A stretch of DNA of 64,000 bases from Cirrosporium novae-zelandiae. Taxonomy: Eukaryota. How positions within the stretch are numbered: position 1 is the stretch's first letter; the number at the start of each line of letters is the position of its first letter. Positions 1 through 14,008 of this stretch are shown in pieces. The notes below the pieces were generated by a model. It worked only from the letters and a program-made list of their open reading frames with translations. It was not told where the DNA came from and did not search any database. A program made the translations under genes and the position numbers. The stretch spans positions 1-64,000 of the forward strand of contig JAPETS010000051.1 in the NCBI GenBank assembly GCA_026023565.1, written 5' to 3'.

Positions 1-829
1 CGAGCCAAACCCGTGGAGACGAGCCCATCCAGCTGGGCCAACCCCCCCCCCCCTCCCTCCCCCCAATCCCCCCCCATCCCCTCTATCCTCCATCCCACTA
101 CCTCCACCTCCCCCCCTCCCAAATCTGAGAAATCTCTCCGATCTGAAATCTGAAGGATTCAAGTCAATACGGAATTATTCCACTACCATCGTTTTCCTCC
201 TTTTCTTTCTTTCTGTTTAATCCATATACCCCCCCCATTTTATAGTCGCTGACAATAGTTTCAAGCTGCCAACAAAATTGACCTTCTCTTCTTGATAACG
301 GAACATCCGCGCCGGGGAGCTATTCTTGACGCTAGAAGTAGTAGATGTAGAATTCCTATGCAAGACACCTGCAACTTCTGTGGAATCCCTCCATTGGTTA
401 ATTCTATTCTGTTCCATGTAACCCTACTCGCCAATCCCCTTCATCCCTATCCCCATGTCCTAAACAAGTTACACCAAATACTGTGGTATTCATCATGGCA
501 ACATAATCTTTAATCTTTAGTCCTATCTTTGGTGGGGAAAACACTGCAAAAAGCATTCAATTGATATTATCCGTCGGTGCCGTTGCCACATCACGACTAT
601 TATTTGCCAAAAACAGAACCATCAATATTGAACCAGAAACGCCTTCTACCCCTTCTGCCTGCATTAAATGGCTTGCATTAAAATGAATGATATCATGTTC
701 AAATCCCAAGTCCACATTATCTTCAACTTTCATCCTGCATCCTTGTCCTCACGCTATCCCACATGTTCCATTATCCGGCATGCAATTTCAAATTGGTTGA
801 GTTGAGAATGGTTGGCCAAAGAACCATGC

Positions 830-1518
830 TTATTCAGCTGGTTCCTCAACGTCGGCTGCTTTGGTAGCTCCCGACCGGCTCTGCTTCCAGAGAAAAACCG
901 TACAAATGGCCGATAAAGCAAATAGGACACTGTCCCCATCAGCGCTAGCTATTATGCACTAACAATAAGAACCTACCAAAGCGCAATGCTCAAGCCCCAT
1001 ATCGACTTCATTTCCAAGCAGGACGTCTTCGTGGCTCCAATCCACACGGAATAATTGATTGTTGTTCCATCTTCATCTAGGCTGTTTCCAAGAGCGGCTG
1101 TAAAGGAATAGGCACTGCCCGAAGTTGTTGCATTGTCGATAGCATAGCAATTAAGATATGACAGAGGCTTGCCGACCACGACAGCCACTACGATAAGAGC
1201 TATGAGCAGCAAACCATCAATCCCAGTCGAAATGAGATAGGGGAGTATTCCGTCAATTTCGAGGATAATGGTAACAATGCAGTAAAGTGCAGCTATGCAG
1301 ACCTAGGATTGGATCATCAATAAATGAGACAGTTTGGAATGGTGATACAAGCAACATACAATACTCAGAGTCGCGATGAGCACTTCAGGGGGCTTTGTGT
1401 TGCTATTGATCATCTGCTGAATGAAATAGGACACCATGCCTATGATAACGATCAAAGACATGAATTGAAGTATACGGGTGACCTTAAAGGTTCCGGCGAG
1501 AGCACTGCTGTTCGCCAT
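830..1518 (-). CDS. MARVEL-like 4-TM membrane protein (3 exons)
   Basis: ORFs 1303..1518 and 973..1212 are joined by GT-AG introns (about 1359-1303 and 976-930). The last exon reads VLFALSAICTVFLWKQSRSGATKAADVEEPAE*. There are four hydrophobic helices and the motifs RILQF, GKPLSYLNC and C-x-EMKSIWGLSIALC. Confidence 0.75.
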
Positions 1519-2770
1519 TGTGATATTTGAGAATATTGGATCTGAAAGAAGTGGGCAAAGGAATGATATAAGGTTAAGCCGACGGTTGAGACGATCTTTG
1601 TGAGAGGATTGTCGTCTGGTATTAGGTGCAAGGTGAGTAAAAGGAAAAGAAAAATTTCTAAGGATAGGAAGTAGTACTGAAAAGACTTGAAGGAGTGTCT
1701 TTAAATACCAAAAGAAATTAATGGCAAGGAAGGACGAAGAGATTATTGTTTGTTAGTGCTGGAGATGTTGTGATGAGGATCAGATCGAGACAGCAGAGCA
1801 AGAGCTGTCTTATGTACAATGACAGACAGCTGGAAATCAACAATGTTATTTGCAAACGAATTGATTTTCTGAATAACAAGATATTGAGAAGTCTCATCGC
1901 GATCGCATCATGCGCTGTCGTAGCCAATGAAGCCGATCGGCTGTGGTTGCGGCTCTGTTGTAGGCCGGCGGCTATTGGTCTCAAACACATCCACAAATAA
2001 CAGCGGCAAGAATAGCTGAGCCTCAAAATCTAGCAACCACTCAAGGCCTACAATTTTGAACATCAGAAGAGATTCTAAACCTGTGGCTAGAAAGTAACAC
2101 CACAGTTCTTTGAAAAGAAGCTCTCCATGCCAGATCGGATCGTTTCATCTCCTTCCGGTGTTGGCATAGACTACAAACCGTTGGCAGAGTGGGATCATGC
2201 AGAGATCCTTGATGGCAAGGAAGTATAACAGAAATACTTTGATTGTCTTGTCGATTATGGAGCATCTTGGACAAAGAATCAAGCCTGAGCATGTCTGAGG
2301 CTGGGTGGATTCTCTATTCTCTCGTCTTTCAAGGCACTCAATTGGAACTCTTGAACTAAAGAAAGCATCACACAGGTTAGCAAGATAAATTGGCAGCGGA
2401 AGCATCTCTTCTCAAGGTTCATGGAAGTTCTCAGGTGTTTCTTAGAATCCATGATGGTATTTGAGGATTGATTCTCATCTTGTGGGTTGGAGATATGTGG
2501 ATGTTGACAAGTACCTCTCTCATCATCATTCATCCGAGGTTCTTCTCAAGTTCTTTTGAGGATTAAGCGAGGTTTTTTGTTACTATGCCAACAATGGAAA
2601 GTCCTTGCGAATCAGGCTGATAAGAGTATATCGAGCTCCGATAAGGGAATCGCAAGAATGAACCTCGGGCTATCCTATTGATCGCATTGCCTTTTCCACA
2701 CTTTCAACTTTTTCATCCTGTCCTCTTCCTTTACTTCTAATCTCCGCTCTTCCTTATATTGACAAAAAAA

Positions 2771-4663
2771 ATGTTTCCTCCATTTGATTATTTTGAACAC
2801 AGACGCGCCTGGTAATTTTGATCTTCTCCTCCTGGCTTCTATCATCCTAACTCTTGCAGCCAGCGTAAACAACTAGAACGTGCTACTCGAATATCGAACC
2901 TCCCAGCAGTTTATAACGAGCCAATATCGGCTTTCGATAAAGAAGTTGTTGACGAGCCAATCGAAGAGTTAGTTCAAGATGTACACAAAGGCATCAAGCG
3001 ACCTATTGACATTCTTCGCACCTATGGAAAGGTGGCGATTCGTGCCCATGAGAAAAGCAATTGCTTGACCGAAATAATGCTTCCTGAAGCAGAAAAATGG
3101 GCAGAGAAAGAAATAAACACCAAAGGACCTCTTGCTGGAATTCCTGTTTCTCTTAAAGATACTATTATTGTCAAAGGGTTTGACTCTAGCGTGGGACTTT
3201 CTCGTAAAACCGGGAAGCCATATGCGGCAGATGGACCGATGGTCAAGCTTCTCAAAGATGCCGGTTTGTAATAATTTAACTCTCTTTGGTGGATCTTGTA
3301 GTTGTTAACTAGCTTCGTTCTCAAGGAGCTGTACCCTATGTCAAGACTGCCGTTCCTATCACCTTACTTTCTTTTGAATCCACGAATGATGTATGGGGAG
3401 TCTGCTCAAACCCCCATAACAAAAATTACTCCCCCGGAGGCTCCACTGGTGGGGAGGGGGCTCTTCTTGCCCTCGGGGGTCGTATAGGTATCGGTTCTGA
3501 TGTCGCCGGGTCTGTTCGCGCACCAGCACATTTCAGTGGCATATATTCCCTCCGCTGCTCCGTCGGAAGGTGGCCCAAGATGGGTGGTGATACGAGCATG
3601 CCTGGGCAAGAAGGTATCCCTAGCGTCTTTAGCCCTATGGCGAGGACCTTGAATGATTTGCAATATTTCACCGAAAGCATGATCGGCATGAGACCATGGC
3701 AATACGATCATACAGTCCACCCGATTCCATGGAAAGCAGACCAATTCCAAGAAGCAGAGAAGCAACCTTCGCTTCGGATTGGCGTTCTCGAGTCTGATGG
3801 TATAACCCCCATTTCCATTCTCCCTTTTTATGTTATCCCAGAACCACCGCTACACATATCAAAGAGCCATCTAATTTCACACAGGTGTCGTCGCCCCCGC
3901 TCCGGCCTGTTCCCGCGCTCTCTCCTTGACCGTCTCCTCCCTCCGCAAAGCTGGACACACCGTAATCCCAATAACGCCCCCTTCCCCCCTCACTGCCCTC
4001 GACATCGGCGCACATCTGCTCCTCTCCGACGGCGGAAAAACCTACCACTCCTTCCACCGAACATTCGAAACTAACGATGCAGGCGCGCACCAAATAAACT
4101 TCTGGACTGCTCTACCCCGCCCCCTGCAATATCTTTACGTCCTCTACGTCCGCCACATCAAACGTGATCCTGTGTGGGCTTCCCTCCTCGACGGTCTCCG
4201 CAGCCTCTCCGCCCGCGAGTACTGGAAATATGTCTCTAAGCGCGAAGCCTACAAGATCTCCTGGCACGAATGGTGGAACCAGCCTGAACAAAGCTTTGAT
4301 TTCCTAATCACGCCCGCGAATGCCACACCTGCCGTTCCCCATAAAGGTATGAAAGATGCCGTCAGCAGCTGCGGCTACACGTTCCTATTTAACTTGCTGG
4401 ACTATACGTGCGGTATTGTTCCCGTCACAAAGGTGGATGCGGAGCTAGATAAGCTGCCGGAGAAGTTTAGTATCAGGGCGCTTAATGGTGTTGCAAGGGG
4501 CGCGTATAAATTGTATGATGCGCAGAAGATGGCGGGGTTGCCGGTGGCGGTGCAGATTGTTGGGAGGAGGTTGGAGGAGGAGAAGGTGCTGGGATTTATG
4601 GGGAGGGTGGAAGAGGCGCTTACAGAGGAGGGGCTGCAGTATCAGGTTTTAGATATTGATTAG
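2771..4663 (+). CDS. Amidase signature family protein (acetamidase-like), 4 exons
   Basis: Starts MFPPFDYFEHRRAC, then an intron, then QRKQLERATRI. Catalytic motifs VSLKD, SPGGSTGGEG and GIGSDVAGSVRAP are present, and the C-terminus has GLPVAVQIVGRRLEEEKVL. Confidence 0.92.
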
Positions 4664-5783
4664 GTGTGTGGCTGACGGATATATGGATGAGAAATGGTTG
4701 TGCAGAGAGACAACGTCATTTTTGTAGCTTTACTTTTGACGCGAAATAACCTATGACCCAATTAAAGCATTCAAAGTAAAATCCATATTTGCTATGTCAT
4801 ACTACACAGTATGTACTTTCGTATGCATGCCGAACTCTCTCGCTAGCCTTGCTACCAACCACCAATTACCCTCTTTCCTTCTCCATTATTTCCTCCTCAC
4901 AAATGACTCAAACCCATTCACCCCCTAAACAAACCAAATTGAGCATGCATACTCAATGATATCTCAATAACTCGCTAACTCGCAAGTCAGTCTATCTATT
5001 GCGCAAGCGACTTTACTTGAATTGCCATGGTGGTGATGAACGAAACGACTCACCCTAATTTAATAAATAGGCCTTCGCTGGGTAAAGTAAGCCCTGGTTG
5101 CTTGTGTGATGAACGCTCATCCTCCAAAATCACCCAAACCAACTTTTCGACGAAAAGAACACCTAAAAGGGCAGGATGTTTAAAAACAAAACCAACCGTC
5201 AGAAACGGATTAAAACGACTGAAAGCTTTCTGCCTGTACTGATGATAACAACGGGAAACCCTATTTTCGTGGCCGAAAATGAGATATACGAGAACGAGGT
5301 CGATTAAATATACCATGCAAAACGTTTGTAACCATTCCACAAGGTTCCCGACATTTTCTCCAAGGAAAAAAATATGTGGATCCTAGTATATCCAGCAGAT
5401 GCAGCTCAGTGTTCCTAGGATGGTCATGGAGATTTCAATGCGGCGAACGGTTTTTTGTAGGCGGGTCTGTTGGGTTAGCCATGAATTTAAAAGAAGAAAA
5501 ATGTCATAAGATCATACCCGATTTGCTATACCCCATTTTATCGCTAGTTTATTCGTTGCAGGGTCTCTTGTATTTGTCGCGATAGTTTGACGCTCATGGA
5601 TTTGGCTATAGAAGTGTTGCACAACACTGTATAGGAGATAGCTTAAAATGTGGAAAAGAGCACTTTCCATTGTAAAGCCTCTTGGACTAGTAATGGGCTT
5701 TATTAGTAGGTTTTTTATAGAATAAGGAGTTAATAGTTGTGAAATAGGTACACACCTAAATGTCACTGCGCCACGATAGGGCT

Positions 5784-6893
5784 TTAGCTGGATAATGGTT
5801 TAGAATCAAGCTCCGTGCCGGAACCGAGTGCACCTTGCAGTGGCCGCTTTATTTGTGTAGCTATCTCAGCTATGAATGTGTGCTCCGCTATCAGAGATGG
5901 TGGGTTTGCTGTTATTGCCGATACTGTTCCCCCTTCTGCATACTGTGGTCTTTCCGAGAACTCATTTGGTAATCCTTCTCCGAAAGTCTGCTCGTTCGCT
6001 GTTTCCTGTTCTGATACCGTACCTGCTACCGCCGCTTTCGCGCCTTCCTCCGCCTCTTTCATAGCTCTCCATTGAGCACCCCAGAAGCGACCTTTGACAC
6101 CTGGAGGCCTACCCTTTCTTTTCTTCGGTGCAGGCTCTCCTCCTTGACTCGGGGCCTGCGATGTCGCCGTACCTTCTCTAGTCTTCCTTCTACGAATAGC
6201 CGGCGTAGCACTTCTTGGGGTCGAATCAAACCGCCTTGGGACCTTTCTCGCTCTTTGTTCTCGCGGGAAAGTTGGGGCCTCTGGTTCTTGGGTGGCAGTT
6301 GCGCGTTTTGTCTGACGTAAATCACGACCGCCGACGCGTCGAGATTCTAGTGCCTTTTTGGGATCAAATATAAACGGTTTCTCTATGTCGTGAATTGCTG
6401 GATTGACCCTTCGTTTCACCTCGAGCCCAGATTTAAAGATTTCCTGGTCTAGCTTTTCGTATTCTTTCTGCCACTCAACGAGAGCATTCTGAGTATTTTC
6501 GGCGACGAGATAGAGGTCTTTCGTCGACAGATCCTTTGGATTGGCTAGTAATGCAAGAAAATTCCCGGGGTCGGTTATTGGCTTATATTTATTGGTAAGA
6601 ATTTGCTGTGCTGCTTCTTCATCGGCACTATCGGGTGTAGAAGTTGGAGCTGCAGATGCACGGGTAGATAAAGGCCCAGGAAGAGGTGGTACAGGTGTAG
6701 ATGAATATGGAGAAAGAAGTTTGAGATTTGAATATTCAGTACCATTGGGAGGATTATTGGTAGTAGAATTTGTTGCTGTACCTAGAGCAGATTTTTCCGT
6801 TGCTTTAAATTCATCTATTTGTTCAGTCGAAATTTGCTGCTCTTGATTTGTTTTGTCAAGTTTCTCTGCTGCGGTTTCACATGGTTGAGACAT
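5784..6893 (-). CDS. Uncharacterised fungal, probably nuclear, protein with an AT-hook-like motif
   Basis: Intronless 369-aa ORF with a helical core (LYLVAENTQNALVEWQKEYEKLD), GGRDLRQ, and the basic stretch KKRKGRPPG (GRP AT-hook core or NLS). Confidence 0.65.
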   Translation of the reverse strand: MSQPCETAAEKLDKTNQEQQISTEQIDEFKATEKSALGTATNSTTNNPPNGTEYSNLKLLSPYSSTPVPPLPGPLSTRASAAPTSTPDSADEEAAQQILTNKYKPITDPGNFLALLANPKDLSTKDLYLVAENTQNALVEWQKEYEKLDQEIFKSGLEVKRRVNPAIHDIEKPFIFDPKKALESRRVGGRDLRQTKRATATQEPEAPTFPREQRARKVPRRFDSTPRSATPAIRRRKTREGTATSQAPSQGGEPAPKKRKGRPPGVKGRFWGAQWRAMKEAEEGAKAAVAGTVSEQETANEQTFGEGLPNEFSERPQYAEGGTVSAITANPPSLIAEHTFIAEIATQIKRPLQGALGSGTELDSKPLSS

Positions 6894-7763
6894 TAGGAAT
6901 ATATATATATATATTTAGAGTTGATAGATACTGGAAGCTTCCTAGTGTGATTTTTATGAAATTGATAGGATCATAATTTTACTTGAAGATATTTTTTGAT
7001 TGTTGAGATGGGTATAAGAAGTAGAAATGGAAGTAGAAGGAGAATAAAAAAAATGAAGAAAAAGAAAGAAGGTGTGTGGATAAGTAATTAATACCAGGGA
7101 TACCTAACTAATGAATTTCATTAATCGATAATTTTCATTACAGCATTGTGACAGTATGGATTTTAAGGTTGGGCTAACTGTTTGTAGATATTCCTTACAT
7201 ACTTAGTATACACAGTACACACAGTACTGTATAGAGGAGACAATGTACAGACCGCTTAATTGGGAGTTAAGTGCAGTCAAAGCGGTACACAATAGGTGTA
7301 TCATCATCATCCCCATCAACATCCCTCTCCTCTTAGTTGATCATTATATATTCTTATTAATTTTTTATACAAGGCCTAAATTATTTAAAAATTTTGCCTT
7401 TTATTTAACTCTGAGCTGGCCTCATTTCCTAATTAGTTGTTGTTGTTGTTGTTGTGTTCAGTTTTCGGATGCCAACAACTTCGCCGCGCTCGAGGCCCTC
7501 CTCCTCCATCTCCACCTGCAACTACTAATAAAGTAGACGCCCATTGATAAGCAACCCCGGGTGGTAATCTTCTGACTCCCCCCTCCCCTCTCTCCAACAC
7601 GACGTTATCCTGATATCAACTTGTTGTCAGTACATCAAGTACATGTACAGCCTCTTATCCTTTAACGTTCATCGATATTTAATGCCCTCCTTTTTTCACC
7701 AAACCACCTTCTCGTCTCGCCTCGCCTCGACCCCACCAATCCCATACAGAGGGCCTGATTACC

Positions 7764-9779
7764 ATGGACATAAGACCTGAGCCTGGAGAAAGCACCAACT
7801 CGGCCAACCTCGATTCTGCCACTTATCTCGAGCGAATTCTTAAACGAGGCCATGGCGACGACCATGTTTCCTTCGATTCCTTAGCCCCTTATAGTAGAGG
7901 CCAAGCATCCTCGGTGGGTCGGGTTGGACGTCGAGCGGAATCTTCCTCGGATTTCCTTACACAAAATAGTGAAAGGTTGCAGGCTTTGACTCCGCCAAGT
8001 CCTGTAGATCTAGATACACGGGGGGAACATATGATGGCTTTGGAGAGAAAACGGAGATTGACGAGTGCGGGTGAAGATACCACAAAGAGAAGGCCTTCGA
8101 GTTTCGGACCTTTTGCTAACCGCCCGATGGCGGAAAACTCGTCCTCTCAGGACTTGCGATGGAGACCATCACCTTTCAATCCTTATCCAGGTGTAGGGAA
8201 TTCCAGAGATGTTACCATAGATTTGTCTAGCCCATGGAATTCACCACATGCAACCATTACAAATTTTGAAACACAGGAAAACAATAACGCTTATGACATT
8301 GTTTTGCCTCGCTGGCAGCCTGATAACGAGGTGTCTAGCTGTCCGATATGTGGGGTCCAGTTCACCTTTTTCAATAGAAAACACCATTGCAGAAAGTGTG
8401 GTCGAGTTGTCTGTGGAAATTGCTCACCACATCGAATCACGATTCCTAAACAATTTATTGTTCAATCTCCACAAATCGAATCCGATTTACGAGACATTAT
8501 CGACCTGACTGGGGATAATAACGATATAGGTTATACACCTCATCGGAGACGGACAAACTCCAGTGTTATTGTGAATCCGGGTCTGGGCGGAGGAGCTGAG
8601 GTTCGACTGTGCAACCCCTGTGTACCAGATCCCAATATCGATCCGCCTCGATCCTATTTTCCACCTCCAAGGTTCAGTATACATGACTCTTCTTCGATGG
8701 CAAATCGCAATAGGCATCATATGAGCCGATCAGTAAATGCGGCCAGTTTGGGCTCTAGGTCTCGTTCAACATCCAACTACACTCCAGGCTCCGTATATGG
8801 AAACTATCACGGCCTTACATCTGACGCCAGTTCTCATGGATGGGGTTCTGGTTATAATCCATTTGCTATCAGAACCTCAAGCCCACCACGAGACTTTTCA
8901 GCCATGGGTCTCCCCGGGCAACAGACGAATGGACACGTAAGTGCCGTGATTTCGTTAAATAGAGATGATTAAACCTTGCTAATTAAATTAGACATCGGCA
9001 TTGTCTACTGCAGAATCTTATACAAATCAACCGCATAGACATGGGCGTTATCATAGTTCCTCTGATCCTCGTCCTGCTGAGCCATACATACCCTTTAATC
9101 CAGTTTCCCAGACATATGAACCCAATTTAAGTGTTAGTAAATAACCTTTCCAAAGCATTTCCTATTTTGCAAGAACTGATCTTTTTCCGCACAGATTTCC
9201 AATCTTCTTAGGCCGCGTCCAGTCCCTTCGTTGCACCGGCATCATGCCTCCACGCCAAGTGCGCCTCTTGATTCTCGTTATCGGTCAATGCTGGATGTCT
9301 CCACGCCACCGGCTTCTACCCCACAATTAAATGAAGAGGATGAATGTCCCGTGTGCCACAATGCGCTCCCACCTAAGGGCCCTAACGGTGACGAATCTTC
9401 GCGTGAAGCCCACGTCGAAGATTGTATCAATTCTCACTTCGCTGGTTCTAAGAACATTTCTCGAGATTCCCAGCCACGGGGCTCAACAACTCCCACTAAT
9501 CACAACCGCGGTGCTTTATCCATCACTACCCCTCCTCAGGCAGGATCATCCACTTCATCATGTCCTGCGCGTATGTTAGTATATCGGGCGACAGAAAAAG
9601 ATTGCGTGGCTTCTGATGGTACTACGCAAGAATGCGTTATTTGTCTTGAGGATTTTGAAGCTGGTGAAGAAATGGGAAGATTAGAATGTCTATGTAACTT
9701 TCACCGTAAGTGTATCCGCGCGTGGTGGGAACAGAAAGGTATGGGGGCTTGCCCGACACACCAGGAGGGGATATCGTGA
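7764..9779 (+). CDS. PIB1: FYVE-RING E3 ubiquitin ligase (Pib1-like), 3 exons
   Basis: FYVE motif WQPD...CPIC...RKHHCRKCGRVVCGNCS...VRLCNPC and a C-terminal RING (ECVICLEDF...RLECLCNFHRKCI...WW...CPTH). Introns at about 8937-8991 and 9132-9194. Confidence 0.88.
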
Positions 9780-11504
9780 ACGATGATGCCGGTGTTAGAG
9801 CAACTGGGGAAATAGATTTCCTAGTTTGAGAAGCTCCCAGGTAAGATGGATCTGTTTGGACATGGATTATGATTTCGGTTGACTATAGGAAATGGCGATA
9901 CATGGCTTCTTTGGTCTGCTCTCTTGGTTAAATGGGTGGTCGCTATTCCGACGGGCGCTCATCAGAAATGGAGGATCATCTCATTGGCACTGGGCATTTG
10001 ACATTGCGATTTTGAGTTTTATGGTTTTGGCGCATTGAGTGAATCTCAGAAATGGGAGATACCACATCACAGCATACGCAAGACGAATTCAATGAAATTG
10101 CATGACGATGAACTATAGGCTCGATTGGATAATATACTAGTCTAGATATTTTACTGTTGTGGAGGGGGGGGGGGATATTAGATATTAGATATTGCAGGTT
10201 GTCGTTAGGACGAATAAGTTAAAGCAAAAATGAAGGGCTAAGGTAGGTTGGGTGGAGAGTTGAATAAAGTAGAGAGAATTATGAATTTGCACAAGAATAT
10301 GTTCTTGTACATCCAAGAGGGACATCCAAGAGGGACATCCAAGAGGGACAATGATGGATGGATGGAAAGAAGGAAGGGAGGGAGCCACGACATCATCAAC
10401 CCCGCACTATCTAACATCGTGTCTCAGTTCACGTGCAAAGTACCTCGATGCAACAATACAGGGCCAATACGTATGACATACATACATACGTACATACATA
10501 CATACATACTTACTTACATACACGGTATGGAAAATACTGGAAATATAATTAATTAGCTGAATCTTTTTCTATTCGGACACTTACGTACATGATCGGGTTA
10601 TACAAATGATGGAAGCAGGAGCCCACCAAGGTACAAGACTAGGCCATTAGTATTTGTGTGACCCTCCGTGAAGACAGGACTGTGGGTATATATATATGAA
10701 TCCATCTTCCAGCCCTCCCCTCTCAGAACCAAGATATTACAAACAAACAAAAAGCCCAACTTTTATTCCTTAAAGTTTCAGAAAAGAAAAGAAAAACACC
10801 TAGTTCACATCTGCAAATCCAATACTTCAGACTCTTCTAAAAAAGGTAACTCTCTAACTTGTTATTAATAACATACAACGTTCCATACCGTTTCGGCCGT
10901 ACCAACAACCCCAACGGTAAGAGCTAAATACCCCACTCCGTATTATACCTCAAACCATCCAACACTACCCATCATCTCATCCATTGAGCTCATAATCACA
11001 TCGCACCGCATGCGATATGCAACTTGTAAGTCCCCCGAGACGAGAGAAAGAGAGAGTAGCCTAGTTGAGAACCCCTCAACAGGCAAGCCCCTCACCCCTC
11101 CTTGTGTACACAGCCCGACAATCCATCTCATTCCAGCATCATGGATTGAAAAGAATAACGTCAGCCAGCGGGGTCTGGATTCCTTGGTCTCCCTTGGTCT
11201 CTCCCCCCCCTTCTTATCATATAGCTATGCTTAAAAGGGCCACCGAAAACACACGTTTTCTTTTCTTTTCAGCTTTTTTTTCTTCATCCTCCCTCCATCA
11301 AAAAGCACAAAAACCAACCTTCCCAAACTCAATTGCTTGAAAAAAAACAAACCCACACACACAATCACAAAAAAGAGAAAAAAAGGAAAAGGAAATTTTC
11401 CCTCTCAAAAAAGCTCGCCCACCGTGGCCCCTCCATCCTCCGCTCGAGACCGCCTCTCTACTATTGTCCCATATTCCCAACCGCCATTATCCGAAAAAGC
11501 AAAA

Positions 11505-12087
11505 ATGGCACCAAAAGCTTACCCGGCCCACTGCGACTGCAACAACGTGGAATGGACGGTAACTCTCGACGACGATAAGCAGAACCATATCCTCTGCCAC
11601 TGCAACACCTGCAAGCGGCTCTCGGGGGCCCCCTACACTCTAAATCAGATTGTGCCGAGCTCAGCCATTAAGATCACAAAGGGGGAAGAGGGGATTAAGA
11701 AGTATACTTATACGGGGGCGTCTGGTATGTTTAGATGAAGCAATTAGTCCCCTCCCCATAAGCCCCGAACTCCATCCCCCCCCCCCACTAATTACCCCAC
11801 TTCTCCAAAAGAAACCTCCCCTTTCTTACCCCGTTTTTTTATCTAAAACTAACACTTCCATTCTCCACTTCAAAAAAGGCAATCCGGTCCACTGCTACTA
11901 CTGCGGCAACTGCACAAGCCACATCTATCACCACCAAACGGCTATGGGGCCGGATACCTATATCGCCCGCACGCTCATGGTCGATGGAGGCGATCAGCTG
12001 AAGCCCTCGGCTGAGATTTTTGGAAAGGCCAGACTAACTTGGTTGCCCGAGGTTGCCAAGACCTTCGAGACTGTGCCACCTTCTTAG
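11505..12087 (+). CDS. GFA / CENP-V (Mss4-like) zinc protein, 2 exons
   Basis: MAPKAYPAHCDC...LCHCNTCKRLSG...SG, intron about 11725-11878, then NPVHCYYCGNCTSHIY. This is the CxC / CHCxxC / CxxC pattern. Confidence 0.88.
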
Positions 12088-12450
12088 GTTTTTTTTTTGA
12101 AATTTTGAGGGGGGGGATCGGTTGCCGGAAATTTCGTAAAGGCATGAATGAATGAAAAAGCAATCACGTTTTTTTTTGGGGTTATCATATTATCTACTTA
12201 GGTAGTCTATTGTTGGGTTAGTTTGAGACCTTGGTGGATAGTATGAAATTTGAATCATTGCATCGATCTACTCATAAGAAATATCATAGTTAAAGGGAGT
12301 TTTCTTGCATCTTCCAAAAAAAAAAACTCCTTGGTTAAATTATCAACTCATTGAAAAAAAAAATATCATGAATATCTGACATCAGCTGAAATTTACATCT
12401 ACAGGACATCCAAATTTCCTAACCGCAACCACCACCATCCCCCCATCCCA

Positions 12451-13554
<1,104 letters not shown>

Positions 13555-14008
13555 TCAATTGATATGGGTTGAACTGAATAGCATGTGTTTGTTTGGAGTG
13601 AGAAGCCTTTTGAGCAGTCCTTATATAAACCTATGGTCTTCAATGGCCGGCGTCTCATTCCATTATGATCCGTTGTGGAGTGATAGAGAAATACGGAGAT
13701 TATTTTCCGACACATCCACCAGATTCATGTCATGCAATCAGAAGTCTGACCCCCCGTTGAATTCCCCGCATCATTGTCTAAGAGTACGCCGTGTGCATAT
13801 CTCATAGATTTGATGTAATTCGCTCACAAGCACGGCACGAAGGATGTCGGGACCCGTAGATGGTCGGTCCTCTGAATGCCGATACCGCATGCCGATCTTG
13901 CGATGCCGATATTATATCGGCCGAGATGGGGCAAGTGGATAGAGATGCATATGCGCGCATTAATCCTGCTCCGCTCAGAGTTGATAAGTTGATGTGCTAT
14001 ATCCACTC

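Noticed and set aside
2041..2580. Coding-looking stretch between the MARVEL-like gene and the amidase
   Set aside because: The frames examined are interrupted by stops and no family is recognisable. It may be a relic, but I cannot support it.
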